DNA of 64,000 bases from an uncultured bacterium (GCA_963749495.1 CAVVMW010000018.1:256001-320000), one strand, 5' to 3'. Positions 9,451 to 21,650 are shown, counted from the stretch's first letter. A program made the numbers and translations. The notes: a model not told the origin generated them from the letters alone.

Positions 9451-11697
9451 ATGACACTACTGCGCCAGATCTTGATGCCGATGGTTGCCTTCGGGCTGGT
9501 CGCGGCGGGCGCGGTCGTGCGGGCGCAGCCGGTGCAGGAGTGGATTCACGTGGAGCCGCTGGGGACCGAGGCGGGGCGCCATGTCGAATACAACTACGAG
9601 ACCGGCCAGTGGATCGGCACCAACGGCGTCATCGTCCGCTACCCCTACGGCAACGCGGTGCTGACCGCCGAGGTGGCGGCGGTGGACGAGGAGACGGGCG
9701 AGGTGACGGCCGACGGACACGTGCGCATCCTGCGGGACGAGCAGATCTGGGTGAGCGAGCACGTGCAGTATAACTTCTTCACCCGGCTCATCCAGGCCAA
9801 GCAGTTCCGCACCGGCAAGCCCCCGGTCTTCGCCTCCGGCCAGGGCCTGCACGCGGACGTCACCAACCGGGTCTATGCCGCCACCAACGCCGTCATCACC
9901 ACCGATGATTTGAAGCAACCGGGCGTCAAGCTCCATGCCAAGTACATCGAGATCATCCCCGGCCAGCGGGTCAAGGCGCGGGGCGCCACGCTCTACGTGG
10001 AGGGCGTGCCGGTCTTCTATTTCCCGTATTACTCGCGCACCCTGGGCGAACGGTCCAACAATTTCAATTTCCTTCCGGGCTACCGGAGCATCTTCGGGCC
10101 TTATTTGCTGGCGAGCTACAACTGGTTTTGGGGCGAGGACCTGGACGGGCGCCTGCACCTGGATGCCTACGAACGCCGCGGCGTGGGCCTCGGCCCGGAC
10201 GCCCACTACCATCTGGGCCGGTGGGGCGACGCCACCTTCCGCTATTATTACCTCCATGACCTCGACCCCGAGGCGGGCACGACCAACGCCGGCATCCAGA
10301 ACGCCACCATCCCCGAAAACCGCCAGCGGGTCTATGCCTCCTACCTGGCCAATCCCGCCACCAACTTCACCGTCCGCTCCCTGGTTCGTTACCAGGGCGA
10401 CACGAACATCATCCGCGAGTTTTTCGAAAGCGAGTACCGTCAAAACCCCCAGCCCAACACGTTCGTGGAGGCCAACAAGTTCTGGCGGAACTTCAGCCTC
10501 GACGGTTACGTGCAGCCGCGCGTCAACAACTTCCTGGAGACGGTCGAGCGGCTGCCGGACGTGCGGTTGACCGGCTATCGCCAGCAGTTGGGCAGCTCGC
10601 CTTTTTATTACGAAAGCGAGAGCTCGCTCGGCTACTACCGGCACCTCTTCGCCGAGAGCAACTCGCTGCCCACCGGCATCGATTATGCCGCCGCACGGGG
10701 CGACACCTACCACGAGGTGGTGGCGCCGGAGACCTTCTTCGGCTGGCTCAACGTGACGCCGCGCGTGGGCGGGCGGTTTACCTATTACAGCGACTCGTCC
10801 GGCCCCGGGGCGCGCTGGGACGAGGAGACTCGCGGGATCTTCAACACCGGCGCGGAGGTCTCGTTCAAGGCCTCGCGGGCCTGGCCGGCGCTCCACAACG
10901 ATTTCCTGGATGTCGACGGGCTGCGCCACATCATCGTGCCTTCGGTCAATTACGTGTTCGTCCCCAGGCCCAACGTGACGCCCAACCAGTTGCCCCAGTT
11001 CGACTCCATCCTGCCCAGCCTGGAACTGCTGCCGCTGGAGTTCCCGCAATTCAATGCCATCGACCAGGTCGATGCCCGCAACGTGGTGCGCCTGGGCCTG
11101 GGCAACAAACTCCAGACCAAACGCGATGGCGCCGTTGTCGACCTCCTCCAATGGCAACTCTATACCGACTGGCGCCTGGAGCAGTCGCTGGACCAGACCA
11201 ACCTCACTCGCTTCTCGGACATCTATTCGGACCTGGCGTTCAAGCCGCGCTCGTGGCTCACGCTCGAATCCAAGACCCGGTACGATGTGGCCGATGGCGT
11301 CTGGCGGATGATGTTCCACACGCTGACACTGGAGCCCAGCAGCACCTGGAGTTGGAGCGTCGGGCACTTCTATTTGCACAGCGACGACATCGGCCAGCCG
11401 ACCGGCCTTGGCGTGGGCAACAATCTCTTCATGAACACCCTCTACTTCCGGCTCAACGAAGACTGGGGCCTGCGCGCCTCGCATTATTTCGAGGCGCGCA
11501 CGGGCATCCTCCAGGAGCAGGCCTACACGGTCTATCGCGATATGAGGAGTTGGACCGCCGCCTTGACCTTCCGCGTCCGCGAAAGCCCCGGCGGCCCCCA
11601 GGACCTCACCGTGGCCTTCAGCTTCTCGCTCAAGGCCATGCCGCGCTACGGCCTGGGCAGCGACACGCGCCTGCCTTACTCGCTGTGGGGGGGGTAG
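9451..11697 (+). CDS. lptD: LPS assembly outer-membrane protein LptD
   Basis: signal peptide, OstA-like N-domain (ADGHVRI), PVFYFPYY, ERLP, RHIIVPSVNY, beta-barrel C-terminus. Confidence 0.88.
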   Translation: MTLLRQILMPMVAFGLVAAGAVVRAQPVQEWIHVEPLGTEAGRHVEYNYETGQWIGTNGVIVRYPYGNAVLTAEVAAVDEETGEVTADGHVRILRDEQIWVSEHVQYNFFTRLIQAKQFRTGKPPVFASGQGLHADVTNRVYAATNAVITTDDLKQPGVKLHAKYIEIIPGQRVKARGATLYVEGVPVFYFPYYSRTLGERSNNFNFLPGYRSIFGPYLLASYNWFWGEDLDGRLHLDAYERRGVGLGPDAHYHLGRWGDATFRYYYLHDLDPEAGTTNAGIQNATIPENRQRVYASYLANPATNFTVRSLVRYQGDTNIIREFFESEYRQNPQPNTFVEANKFWRNFSLDGYVQPRVNNFLETVERLPDVRLTGYRQQLGSSPFYYESESSLGYYRHLFAESNSLPTGIDYAAARGDTYHEVVAPETFFGWLNVTPRVGGRFTYYSDSSGPGARWDEETRGIFNTGAEVSFKASRAWPALHNDFLDVDGLRHIIVPSVNYVFVPRPNVTPNQLPQFDSILPSLELLPLEFPQFNAIDQVDARNVVRLGLGNKLQTKRDGAVVDLLQWQLYTDWRLEQSLDQTNLTRFSDIYSDLAFKPRSWLTLESKTRYDVADGVWRMMFHTLTLEPSSTWSWSVGHFYLHSDDIGQPTGLGVGNNLFMNTLYFRLNEDWGLRASHYFEARTGILQEQAYTVYRDMRSWTAALTFRVRESPGGPQDLTVAFSFSLKAMPRYGLGSDTRLPYSLWGG

Positions 11698-11702
11698 CGT
11701 AA

Positions 11703-11813
11703 AGGGTCGAGGGTCGAGGGTCGAGGGTCGAGGGAGCCCGGCGGGGTTGCCCCCCCTCCCTCGTCCCTCGCCCCTCGTCCCTCGTCCCTCGCCCCTCGCC
11801 CCTCGCCCCTCGA
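11703..11813. repeat. inverted heptamer repeats (GGGTCGA)n / (CCCTCGY)n
   Basis: direct reading; can fold into a hairpin. Confidence 0.9.
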
Positions 11814-11885
11814 CACTCCTTTCTGGACACCGCCAACGGCTGTGGTAATTATCTTTGCCGTTGGCAGCGCAGCGAAGACACCATT

Positions 11886-13421
11886 ATGAGAACTCTTTTG
11901 CTCGGCATTGACAGCGGCACCCAATCCACGAAGGTCCTGGTGGTGGACGCGCGGGATGGGAAGGTCCTTTCCTCGGCCGCCCAGGAGTACGATTTGATTC
12001 CCAACCTGCCGCCCGGGGCCAAGGAACAGCACCCGCACACCTGGCGCGAGGCCTCGGCCAGCGCCATTCGCCGCGCGTTGCGCCAGGCCAAGGCCGTCGC
12101 CTCCGAGGTCAAGGCCATCGGTGTCAGCGGCCAGCAGCACGGCTTTGTGCCCCTGGACGCCAAGGGCGAGGTCATCCGCCCCGCCAAGCTGTGGTGCGAC
12201 ACCTCGACCGCTGCCGAGTGCGGCGAGATCATGGAAAAGCTCGGCGGCTTGAGATGCGCCGTCAAGGCCCTGGGCAATGCCGTCCTGCCCGGGTTCACCG
12301 CCTCCAAGATTCTCTGGCTCAAGAAGCACGAGCCGGAGAATTACGCCCGCCTGGCCACCGTGCTTCTGCCGCACGATTACCTGAATTTCTGGCTCACGGG
12401 AAAGAAGCTGATGGAGTACGGCGACGCCAGCGGCACGGCGCTGCTGGACGTGCGCAAGCGCCAGTGGTCCGAGGCGGTCCTCGACGCCATCGATCCGGGT
12501 CTGCGGGGCAAGCTGCCGCCGCTGATCGCCAGCGATCGACCCGCCGGCGCGCTCCAGCCCAGCACTGCCAAGTTCCTCGACCTCAACCCCGGCATCCTTG
12601 TCAGCGCCGGCGGCGGAGACAACATGATGGGCGCCATCGGCACCGGCAACACCCGCCCGGGCGTCATCACTGCCAGCTTCGGCACCAGCGGCACCATCTA
12701 TGCCTGCGCTCAGAAGCCCGTCGTCGATCCCAAGGGCGAAATCGCCGCCTTCTGCGACTCCACCAACCGCTGGCTGCCCTTGCTCTGCACCATGAACGTG
12801 ACCGTGGCCACCGAGATGGTCCGCGAGTTCTTCGCCTGGTCTCACGAAAAATACACCGCCGAATCGGCCCGCGTCCCCGCCGGCTCGGAGGGCCTGCTGC
12901 TGCTGCCCTACTTCGAGGGCGAGCGCACCCCCAATGTGCCCGAGGGCACGGGCGTCTGGTTCGGCGTCAACAAACGGACCTTCGAGGCGGGCCACTTCGC
13001 CCGCGCCGCCATGGAGGGCGTCACGCTGGGGATGAACTATGGGTTGCAGCGCCTAACCCAACTGGGCGTCCAACCCACCCAGATCCGCGCCACCGGCGGG
13101 GGCGCCCGCTCCAAAGTCTGGCGCCAGGTCATGGCCGATATCTTCAACGCGGAGGTCGTCACGTTGAAGGTCGGCGAGGGGGCCGCCTACGGCGCGGCCC
13201 TGCAGGCCCTCTGGTGCTGGCGCCTCCAGCAAGGCGAGAAGGTCGCCATCAACGAAATCACCGACCAGTTCGTCGAGGTCAATCCCGCCGAGACCACGGT
13301 CCCCGACTCCAAGCACGCCAAGGTCTATCACCAGTTGCAGGAGGTGCAGAACCAGATGTCCACCGCCCTGCTCAAGGTCTTCAAGCAGCACCGGCAGTTC
13401 TTATTGGGCCAGTCCACATAG
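11886..13421 (+). CDS. xylB: xylulokinase (FGGY family)
   Basis: GIDSGTQSTK, SGQQHG, WCD, GGGDN, GERTP, GGGARS. Confidence 0.93.
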   Translation: MRTLLLGIDSGTQSTKVLVVDARDGKVLSSAAQEYDLIPNLPPGAKEQHPHTWREASASAIRRALRQAKAVASEVKAIGVSGQQHGFVPLDAKGEVIRPAKLWCDTSTAAECGEIMEKLGGLRCAVKALGNAVLPGFTASKILWLKKHEPENYARLATVLLPHDYLNFWLTGKKLMEYGDASGTALLDVRKRQWSEAVLDAIDPGLRGKLPPLIASDRPAGALQPSTAKFLDLNPGILVSAGGGDNMMGAIGTGNTRPGVITASFGTSGTIYACAQKPVVDPKGEIAAFCDSTNRWLPLLCTMNVTVATEMVREFFAWSHEKYTAESARVPAGSEGLLLLPYFEGERTPNVPEGTGVWFGVNKRTFEAGHFARAAMEGVTLGMNYGLQRLTQLGVQPTQIRATGGGARSKVWRQVMADIFNAEVVTLKVGEGAAYGAALQALWCWRLQQGEKVAINEITDQFVEVNPAETTVPDSKHAKVYHQLQEVQNQMSTALLKVFKQHRQFLLGQST

Positions 13422-13460
13422 ATTTGACCCTCCCCCGTTTTGGCATAGATTGAAGGGCTA

Positions 13461-14660
13461 GTGAGTTTTGCCACTGAATTCGATTCGTTGCCGCTGGCCG
13501 CTTTGCTGAAACGCTCGCTGAGCGCCTCGACTGGCGCGGTGCGCCAGAGCCTGGAAAGACCAAAGCCCGGCCTGAGCGATTTTGCCCATTTGATCTCGCC
13601 GGCGGGCGCCGAGTCGCTCGAGGCCATGGGGCGGCGCTCACAGCAACTGACCCGCCAGCGGTTCGGCAGGGTCATCCGGCTCTTTGCCCCGCTCTACCTC
13701 TCCAACGAGTGCATCAACAACTGCAAGTATTGCGGCTTTTCGCGTGACAACGCGATTATGCGGGTGACGTTGTCGGTCCAGGAGGTGCTGCGCGAGGGGC
13801 GGGCGCTGATGCAGCAGGGGTTCCGCAACATATTGCTGGTGGCGGGGGAGCACCCCAAATTCGTGTCCAACACATACTTGCGCGAGTGTGTGGCGGCGCT
13901 GCACGCGGAGGTGCCGAGCCTCTCGCTGGAGATCGGGCCGATGGAGACGGAGGATTACCGGCCGCTGGTGGCGGCGGGCGCGGACGGGTTGGTGGTTTAC
14001 CAGGAGAGCTACGACCGCGCCGTCTATGCGCAGATGCACACTGCGGGCCCGAAACGGAACTTTGACTGGCGCCTGGAGACGCCGGAACGGGCCTACGCGG
14101 CGGGCTTTCGGCGGCTGGGCATCAGCCCGCTCTACGGCCTGGCGGACTGGCGCTACGAGGCGATGAGCCTGGCGGCCCATGCGCAGTACCTGCTGCGCCG
14201 GTGCTGGAAGGCCTCGGTGACGATCTCGCTCACCCGGCTGCGCCCGTGCGCCGGCGACTTCCAGCCCTTGACCCACCTGTCCGACCGCGACCTGGTCCAA
14301 CTCACGTGCGCGTTGCGGCTGATGTTCCCCGACGCGGGCCTGGTGCTCTCGACTCGAGAATCGCCCCGGATGCGCAACGGCCTGATCCCGCTGGGCGTCA
14401 CCTTGATGAGCGCCGGCAGCCATACCGAACCGGGCGGCTACACCGGGGCGGGCCGGGACAACCTCCACCAGACCGTGCGCGGGCGCATCATGCCGGCCGC
14501 CGCCGCGTCCAGCCAGTGGGCCCCCTTGCAGCCCGCGGCCAGTGCCACCGAACAGTTCAGCGTCGGCGATACCCGCTCGCCCCGCGAGGTGGCAGACCTG
14601 ATCCGCGGACTGGGCTATGAGCCGGTGTGGAAAGACTGGGATGCGGCGCTGACTGCGTGA
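13461..14660 (+). CDS. thiH: 2-iminoacetate synthase (radical SAM)
   Basis: FAPLYLSNECINNCKYCGF; YQESY; STRE; SAGS.TEPGGY; PVWKDWD. Confidence 0.95.
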   Translation: MSFATEFDSLPLAALLKRSLSASTGAVRQSLERPKPGLSDFAHLISPAGAESLEAMGRRSQQLTRQRFGRVIRLFAPLYLSNECINNCKYCGFSRDNAIMRVTLSVQEVLREGRALMQQGFRNILLVAGEHPKFVSNTYLRECVAALHAEVPSLSLEIGPMETEDYRPLVAAGADGLVVYQESYDRAVYAQMHTAGPKRNFDWRLETPERAYAAGFRRLGISPLYGLADWRYEAMSLAAHAQYLLRRCWKASVTISLTRLRPCAGDFQPLTHLSDRDLVQLTCALRLMFPDAGLVLSTRESPRMRNGLIPLGVTLMSAGSHTEPGGYTGAGRDNLHQTVRGRIMPAAAASSQWAPLQPAASATEQFSVGDTRSPREVADLIRGLGYEPVWKDWDAALTA

Positions 14661-14673
14661 ACCCAATGGAACT

Positions 14674-14883
14674 GTGAACCCAGGCTCCGTCATCGCCAAC
14701 GGCCGGCCCGTCGAGGCCACCCTGCCCTGCTCGATCGAGGAGTTCCTGCTGGCCCAGAAACTCTTGCCCAGGAGCGTGGTCGTCGAACATAACGGCGAGG
14801 CGGTCGCGCCCTCCGAGTTTGCCAAGCGCCAGGTCCGCCCCGGCGACCGCCTCGAGATCGTCCGCATCGTCGCCGGCGGGTGA
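14674..14883 (+). CDS. thiS: sulfur carrier protein ThiS
   Basis: VVVEHNGE..GDRLEIVRIVAGG. Confidence 0.93.
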   Translation: MNPGSVIANGRPVEATLPCSIEEFLLAQKLLPRSVVVEHNGEAVAPSEFAKRQVRPGDRLEIVRIVAGG

Positions 14884-14930
14884 GGGGCAGAGCCGAAACC
14901 GGCAGAAAAATGGTCTGTTCCACTTTTTCT

Positions 14931-15204
14931 GGGTCTGAGACAGAATTCTTATTGGAGCTCCAGATTGCAGCTCTCAGAGATGACCTGGCTCTTTGATCCT
15001 TCGTTTCCTTCGTTTCCTTCTGTTCTTTTCCAGCGTCCCACCGGCTGGGCACAGGAACAGAACAGAAGGAAACGGAGGAAACGAAGAGCCGGCCGGATGG
15101 GCGGCATCGTTCTGGTCCATGCCAGTTCGTATCTGGGTTTCTAAAGACGCTCTGTGGTGAAAGCCCAGCAAAATCCATTTTGTGAAGATTTCCGTCCTAC
15201 ACCC
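14931..15204. mobile_element. MITE-like element with imperfect terminal inverted repeats and an internal nonamer palindrome
   Basis: GGGTCTGAGACAGAATTCTT vs AAGATTTCCGTCCTACACCC; diverged copy at 57034-57283. Confidence 0.7.
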
Positions 15205-15317
15205 TATTTTCCTGTTGCCGGCAGGATTGCCTGGATGAACCCATCGGTCCGGTTTGCACGCTGCGCCGGCATGAGGGATTATTGTCGTGAGCCCGGGTTT
15301 GAGCCTATGTCACGAAA

Positions 15318-15949
<632 letters not shown>

Positions 15950-15953
<4 letters not shown>

Positions 15954-16246
15954 TACGAGTTCTGCTCCCGGTTCATTTGCGGCGGCTGGCGGGAGTGGAG
16001 GGCGAAGTGCAACTCCAGGTCGAGCCCCCGGCCACGCTCGCCTCGGTCCTCACTGCAATCGAGGCCCGGTTCCCGGTCCTGCGCGGGACCATCCGCGACC
16101 ATGACACGCTGCGCCGCCGCCCCTTCGTGAGGTTCTTCGCCTGCGAGCAGGATCTGTCCCTGGACCCGCCGGATACCCCGTTGCCCGGCCCCATCGCAGC
16201 CGGCGCCGAGCCCTTCCTGATCGTCGGCGCCATGGCCGGGGGATGA
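15950..16246 (+). CDS. MoaD/ThiS family ubiquitin-like protein
   Basis: [18 protein letters not shown]. Confidence 0.88.
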
Positions 16247-16283
16247 CGTGACGGACCCCGCGCGGCGTAGGGAAGCCCGCAAG

Positions 16284-16364
16284 GTTTTGGACTGCGCCAG
16301 TCCTCTGGCGCTTTCGCGTCCCCAGGGTCCGAAAAGCGCCAGAGGACTGGCGCAGTCCAAAACG
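16284..16364. repeat. REP-like perfect palindrome
   Basis: GTTTTGGACTGCGCCAGTCCTCTGGCGCTTT / AAAGCGCCAGAGGACTGGCGCAGTCCAAAAC. Confidence 0.9.
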
Positions 16365-16520
16365 CTTCGCGAGTTTGGACGCGCGCTCCCATCGCCCGGT
16401 TCGGCCTGGCTCGGCAAAGATGCGATATGCCTCTGGACCTTGGCCCCCCTGTCCGGGGTTGCTCTGGCCCGGGGGTCTGGGCTACACTGCCGCCAATCGC
16501 AGAGCAACCACGCATCATTT

Positions 16521-17861
16521 ATGAAAGCACCCCGCAGAGATTTCCTGAAAACCACCGCTCTGGCGGCCTCCGCCGTCTCGATCCTGCCCCGGCACGTGCT
16601 GGGCGGGCCCGGTCAGAGTCCGCCGAGCCAGAAAGTCAACATCGCCGGGATTGGCGTGGGCGGGATGGGCGGAGCCAATCTGCAGGCCCTCGCCTCGCAA
16701 AACATCGTGGCGCTTTGCGACGTTGACCACGATTACGCGGCCCATACCTTCAGGCAATATCCCGATGCCAGGCTCTACACCGATTACCGCCAGATGCTGG
16801 ACAAGCAGAAGGACATCGAGGCGGTGGTCATTGCCACGCCAGACCACACGCACGCGCTGATTTCCATGGCGGCCATGAAGGCCGGCAAACATGTCTATTG
16901 CCAGAAACCGCTGACTCACGACGTGTATGAGGCCCGGATGCTGGCGCAGGCGGCGAAGGACCTGGGCGTGGTGACGCAGATGGGCATCCAGGGCCACTCG
17001 ACCGATGACCTGAGGACGATTTGCGAATGGATCTGGGACGGAGCCATCGGCGAGGTGCGCAACGTGGAGGCCTGGTGCAGCCTGACCTATTACCCTTGGG
17101 GGCACGAGGGCTGGAGTTCAAGCTGGGGCACCCGGCCCAAGGAGACACCGCCGGTGCCGGCGAAATTGGATTGGGACCTCTGGCTTGGCCCCGCCCCCTA
17201 CCGGCCCTACCATCGCGCGTATCATCCGACCACCTGGCGCTGCTGGTGGGACTTCGGCTGCGGCATGATGGGCGACCGCGGCGCCCACACCCTGGACGTG
17301 CCCAATTGGGCCTTGAAGCTGGGAGCACCCGACACGGTCGAGGCCACTTCCTGCGGCATGGATGCGGAGGTCCACCCGCTCTCGGCCATCGTCACGTTCC
17401 GTTTTCCCGCGCGCGAGAACCTGCCGCCCCTAAAACTCACCTGGTATGAAGGCACCCGGCCGCCACGTCCCCCTGAGATGGATGCAGACGTGCAATGGCC
17501 GGTCGAGGGGGGAACGCTCTTCAAAGGCAGCAAGGGCCTGCTCCTGTGCGGCGTCTATGGGAACGCGCCCAAGCTGCTGCCGCTCAGCCGGCACCTGGAC
17601 TATAAGCGCCCGCCCAGGACGCTGCCGCGCATAGCCGATCACTGCCACGAACTGGATTGGGTGCGCGCCATCCGCAGCGGCGGCCAGGCCAACGCCAGTT
17701 TCGCTTACTCCGGCCCGCTTACCGAGACCTGTCTCCTGGGCAACGTCGCACAACGCGTGGATGGCCCCATCGAGTGGGACGCCGCCAATCTGAAGGTGAA
17801 GAATTCCGAGGACGCAACCCGGCTCATCCGCACCCAATACCGGGCGGGCTGGAGCCTGTGA
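16521..17861 (+). CDS. Gfo/Idh/MocA oxidoreductase with Tat signal
   Basis: RRDFLK; GVGGMG; ATPDHTH; YCQKPL. Confidence 0.93.
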   Translation: MKAPRRDFLKTTALAASAVSILPRHVLGGPGQSPPSQKVNIAGIGVGGMGGANLQALASQNIVALCDVDHDYAAHTFRQYPDARLYTDYRQMLDKQKDIEAVVIATPDHTHALISMAAMKAGKHVYCQKPLTHDVYEARMLAQAAKDLGVVTQMGIQGHSTDDLRTICEWIWDGAIGEVRNVEAWCSLTYYPWGHEGWSSSWGTRPKETPPVPAKLDWDLWLGPAPYRPYHRAYHPTTWRCWWDFGCGMMGDRGAHTLDVPNWALKLGAPDTVEATSCGMDAEVHPLSAIVTFRFPARENLPPLKLTWYEGTRPPRPPEMDADVQWPVEGGTLFKGSKGLLLCGVYGNAPKLLPLSRHLDYKRPPRTLPRIADHCHELDWVRAIRSGGQANASFAYSGPLTETCLLGNVAQRVDGPIEWDAANLKVKNSEDATRLIRTQYRAGWSL

Positions 17862-17871
17862 GGCCGCAGTG

Positions 17872-20800
17872 TCATTTGACCGCGGCCATGCGGATTGACT
17901 CCACGGCGAACTCGCCTCCGTCGGCGCCGTCGGCCGGGTCGAGGCGGATGCCGGTGATGGTTTTGCCGGCCCAGAGGGGATGCCGGCCGACTTCGAAGAC
18001 ATACTCGTTGAGGTCGGGGCCGGGCCTGAACGGCAAATGGATGGCTTTGTCCTCGGCCCAGTTCGGGCTGTCCTCGGTGGTCCAGTAGAGGGCGATGGCG
18101 GTGCCGGCAGCGGCCTGGGATTTGAGGGTGAGCGTGTCTTGGGGGCCGCCATGGACTCGCAACCGGGGGCGGTGCAGGTAAGCGTTGGAGCCGGTTGCCC
18201 GGCCCTTGAGCAGGCCGCCTTCCAGACGGAGGTCTTCGACCTGGTGGACGGGCGTCCAGCCCTCGATGCCGCGGGCGAAATCGAAGTCGATCGAGCTCAA
18301 GACGGCGGGAAGCAGGCTGCCGATTCGGTGCCTGGCACCGGGGATTTCCAGCCGATGCGGGCCGGGAGCAGGCACACGGATGGCCAGCAACCCTTGTTCA
18401 CCCAGGTACTGCCAGCCCTCTGCAGGGGCTTGCGGCAAACTGGAACCGTTGAGCAGGACGCGGCCGGGTTTGTCAAGGCCGGCCACCAGCACGCCGCCGC
18501 CTTCTCCCTCCGGGAAGCTGGCTTCAAAACTCAAAAGGCCGTCCTTCCAGTCGGCCTGGCTGAGCCGGGCGCGCGTGGTGATGCACACACGCTGGTCGCC
18601 GGTTCCGAGCATGGTGGTGGCCGGCTCGATGTCGCGCCCGAGAATCTTATAGATGTTCTTCGCTATCAGACCCGGTTCAAAGACCCAGGGGCATTTTGAC
18701 CAGTCCAGCGCGCTGAAGTTGTCGGGCCAAAGGGCCGCGTTCGGACCCTCGGTGTCCTGTTGGTAAAGGGCGCTGATCGTGATTCCCTCGGCAATCCGCC
18801 GCCAGGGAAAGGAACGGTCGTAGTCCGCCAGCTTCAACAGGGCGCTGGCGTAGCGCAGCCCATTCCACTGGACGGGTTGCCCGAGCCAGGAGCCGCCATA
18901 CCAGGAACCGCCGAAGATGGCAATCGAGGCATAACGAAGGATGGGCTTTCCCGGAGGATTCCATACATAGACAAACGGCAGGCCGGTCCAGGCCCAGCGG
19001 ACGGCCTCATCGAGGTAGTGCCTGTTGCCCGAACAACGATAGGCCTCGACCTCCGCGTCCACGGCATCGGCCGCCGCGAGAATATCGGGCGAGTGGACCG
19101 GGCATTCCCAGACCTGGGCGGCGCGCGGGACGGTAAACCGCTCGATAAAGGCCAACGGCTTGGCCGCCGCCCTGAAGACATCGGCGTCGCCGGTGAGTCG
19201 CGCCCACCGCAGCACTTCGCAGAGGTTGCGGGCACAGGTGCCGACTTCGACCGCCCGGTCCCGGCCGAGAAGCGAGTAGTCCATGCCCTTGAAGACCCCG
19301 CTGGTTTCCACTCGGGTCCTGAACCGCCATGACCCATCGGGCTCCATCGAATCCAGCAGCCCAAGGGCGGTTTGGCCCAGACCCGCAAGGCGCGGAACCG
19401 GGTCGGACCAAGTCAAACCCAAGTCGTCCCATTGCGGGCTGAACTGGCCCAACTTCTCGGCCAGCGCCGCCCGCTGGTTGCACCGCTGCCGGAGGTCTTC
19501 GTTTTGGGTGAGGCGTGCGATCATGCGGAGGCTGAAAGGCGAAATGGAGGGGCCGTGCTTTGGGACTCAAAAGGTCGCCTGCGCCTTTGGAAGTCCACCA
19601 TTGGCGCTCGGTGTCGATCCAGAGCGACTCCAGGAAGGCACGGGCGCTGAACTCAAGTTCCTTGAGGTAACTGCCCCGCGGGAGCGGCGCCGGGTCGGGC
19701 ACGCCAAAGGTCTCGAACCACCGCGGCAGACAGGCGATGGACTGCCGGGCTGGGGTCACACCCGCAATCCAGGCCTCCAGGCGCAGAGGCGTCCCCCTCT
19801 TGAACGGGTACGGAGCGGCGGCGGCTTCGAGCGCATTCGAGCTCGTCCATGCGGGCACCGACGGCAGGAACAACCCCATCAGGTGATTGTCCTGCCGCTC
19901 GATGAAATTGGGCGAGGCGAAGACTGCCGCCGGCTGGGCATGGTCGCCGTCCCATTTTTGCGAGCAGTCCCAGTAGAGCGCCAGGGCGGCGTTATCCCTG
20001 GAAAAGGCCATCAACGGCACAGTGATTTTGTTGGGGTGCGGCACGAAGCGGACATAGTAATCCGGATCGTGCATATCGAGATTGGACGACGAGGCCTCGT
20101 CGCCCACCAGCCATTCCAGGCCGCCGAACAGGGCATCGTCTTTGCGGGCGCCAAAGGTCCCCTCGCCCACGTGGAGAGTGGGCCCCTGGAAATGGACGAG
20201 CAACCCGTCGTGGTCCGGCACGGCTTCATAAACGAGCTTGACCCGGTCGTCGTTCGAGAGGACGAAGGAAAAACGGCAGTCCCACCGGGTGCCGGCCCCG
20301 TCGTCAAGCGAGCGGGTGAATTCGAGGCCGCACCCGCCGGGCCCGAGGTCCGCCGATTTGAATTGGCCGGCATAGATGAGCCGTCGGGACAACTGCGCGC
20401 CCCGCTTCACGACCAGGCAGGCTCAAATCGCTCGCTACGGCCATCCGCGTCCATCTGTTGGACTGATTGACATCCACCGCGAACACGCCGTAGCCGAAAT
20501 CATTGGTCGGGAAGACAAAGCGCAGATGGCCGTTGCCCAGCAGCAGGGCGTCGCCCGCGCGGGTGAGGCTCGGCCGCTTAAAGACAGCCCCGTCCATGGG
20601 GATAGGCCTGGCCACGACCACCTTGGCGAGCTTGGACGCCGTCTCGACCCCTTCGAAGACAGCGCGCACGCTGATTTCTGACGCCAGAGCGGCTCTGGGC
20701 AGGAGCGTCCATTCCAGGATGGCCGGTTTGTTCCGCCGGACCCCCGGCAACCGGACTGCCGCCTCACCGGTGAGCAGGCCCAAACCTTCCGGCAGCTCGA

Positions 20801-21650
20801 ACTGGACAGTGCCCGCGGGCAGCGGCCGGCCACCCGTGTTGGCCACCTCGCAGGTGACAGCGAAGGGCCTTCCAATCTCCAGCACCGGTCGGGGCACTTT
20901 GAGGGAGAGCGACAACTGGGAAGGAAACAAGTCCTGGATCTCGTCCTCGCTCAAGGCACGGTCATAAATTTTGACCTCGGCGATGGCGCCGATGAATTGC
21001 TCGCCGATTCGGAATCGAGGCGCGTCGAGCGTCGGGCTCCCGGTCCTGGCCCGGTCGGTTTTTCTGCCGTCCAGCCACAGGTGCAGGCCAGCCTGGTCCC
21101 GGACGGCGACAACCTGGTGCCACTTGGAGGGTTCGGGAACGCTGGCCTGGACGCGCGGTTCGGGATTGCCATCGATGAAGGCGAAGAAAGAGAGCCTGCC
21201 TCCCTCCGGGGGGTTATCCAGGCGCAGGAGATAGCCACCCGGGAATTCGAGGATGTGCTTGTAAGTGTTGGGTCGCTCATCGGCCGGACAAATCAGGGCC
21301 TCAATCGTCATGGCGCCCTGGAGCCTGCTGGTTTGTTGGAAAGGCACCTCGACAAACGAACTCCCGTCGAAGGCCAGCGCCTTTCCTGAAGGCCCCTCGA
21401 CCCATTTTGCCGCGCCATGAATCACTCCGTCGTAACCGTGCCCTGAAACATCGTGCATGACGCTCCCCGTGCCTTCGCTCAACCTCCACCAGCCCAACGG
21501 CCCCGGTGCATTGGACAGGGCTGGCGCCGGCGGCGCCTCGGGCCCTGCCGCGCCAGCCTCGCCCCCGCTCGCCCGGAGGCAGGCCGCTCCCATTACGGCT
21601 GCCCAGAAGCAAACGGTGAGGGTTGAGGTTCGGGGCATCTGGCGGTTCAT
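17872..21650 (-). CDS. large secreted protein: LamG-like domain plus putative carbohydrate-active domains; apparent frameshifts near 20420 and 19527
   Basis: signal peptide; WRLSEGTG..DVSG..KIYDRALS LamG signature; three consecutive ORFs join if one C is removed at each junction. Confidence 0.7.

Noticed and set aside
6866..12995. Long antisense ORFs (e.g. 6866-8401, 9457-11484, 11676-12995)
   Set aside because: Shadow frames of real GC-rich genes with no family motifs.
13420..13461. TPP riboswitch before thiH
   Set aside because: The gap is only about 40 bp and lacks the conserved core.
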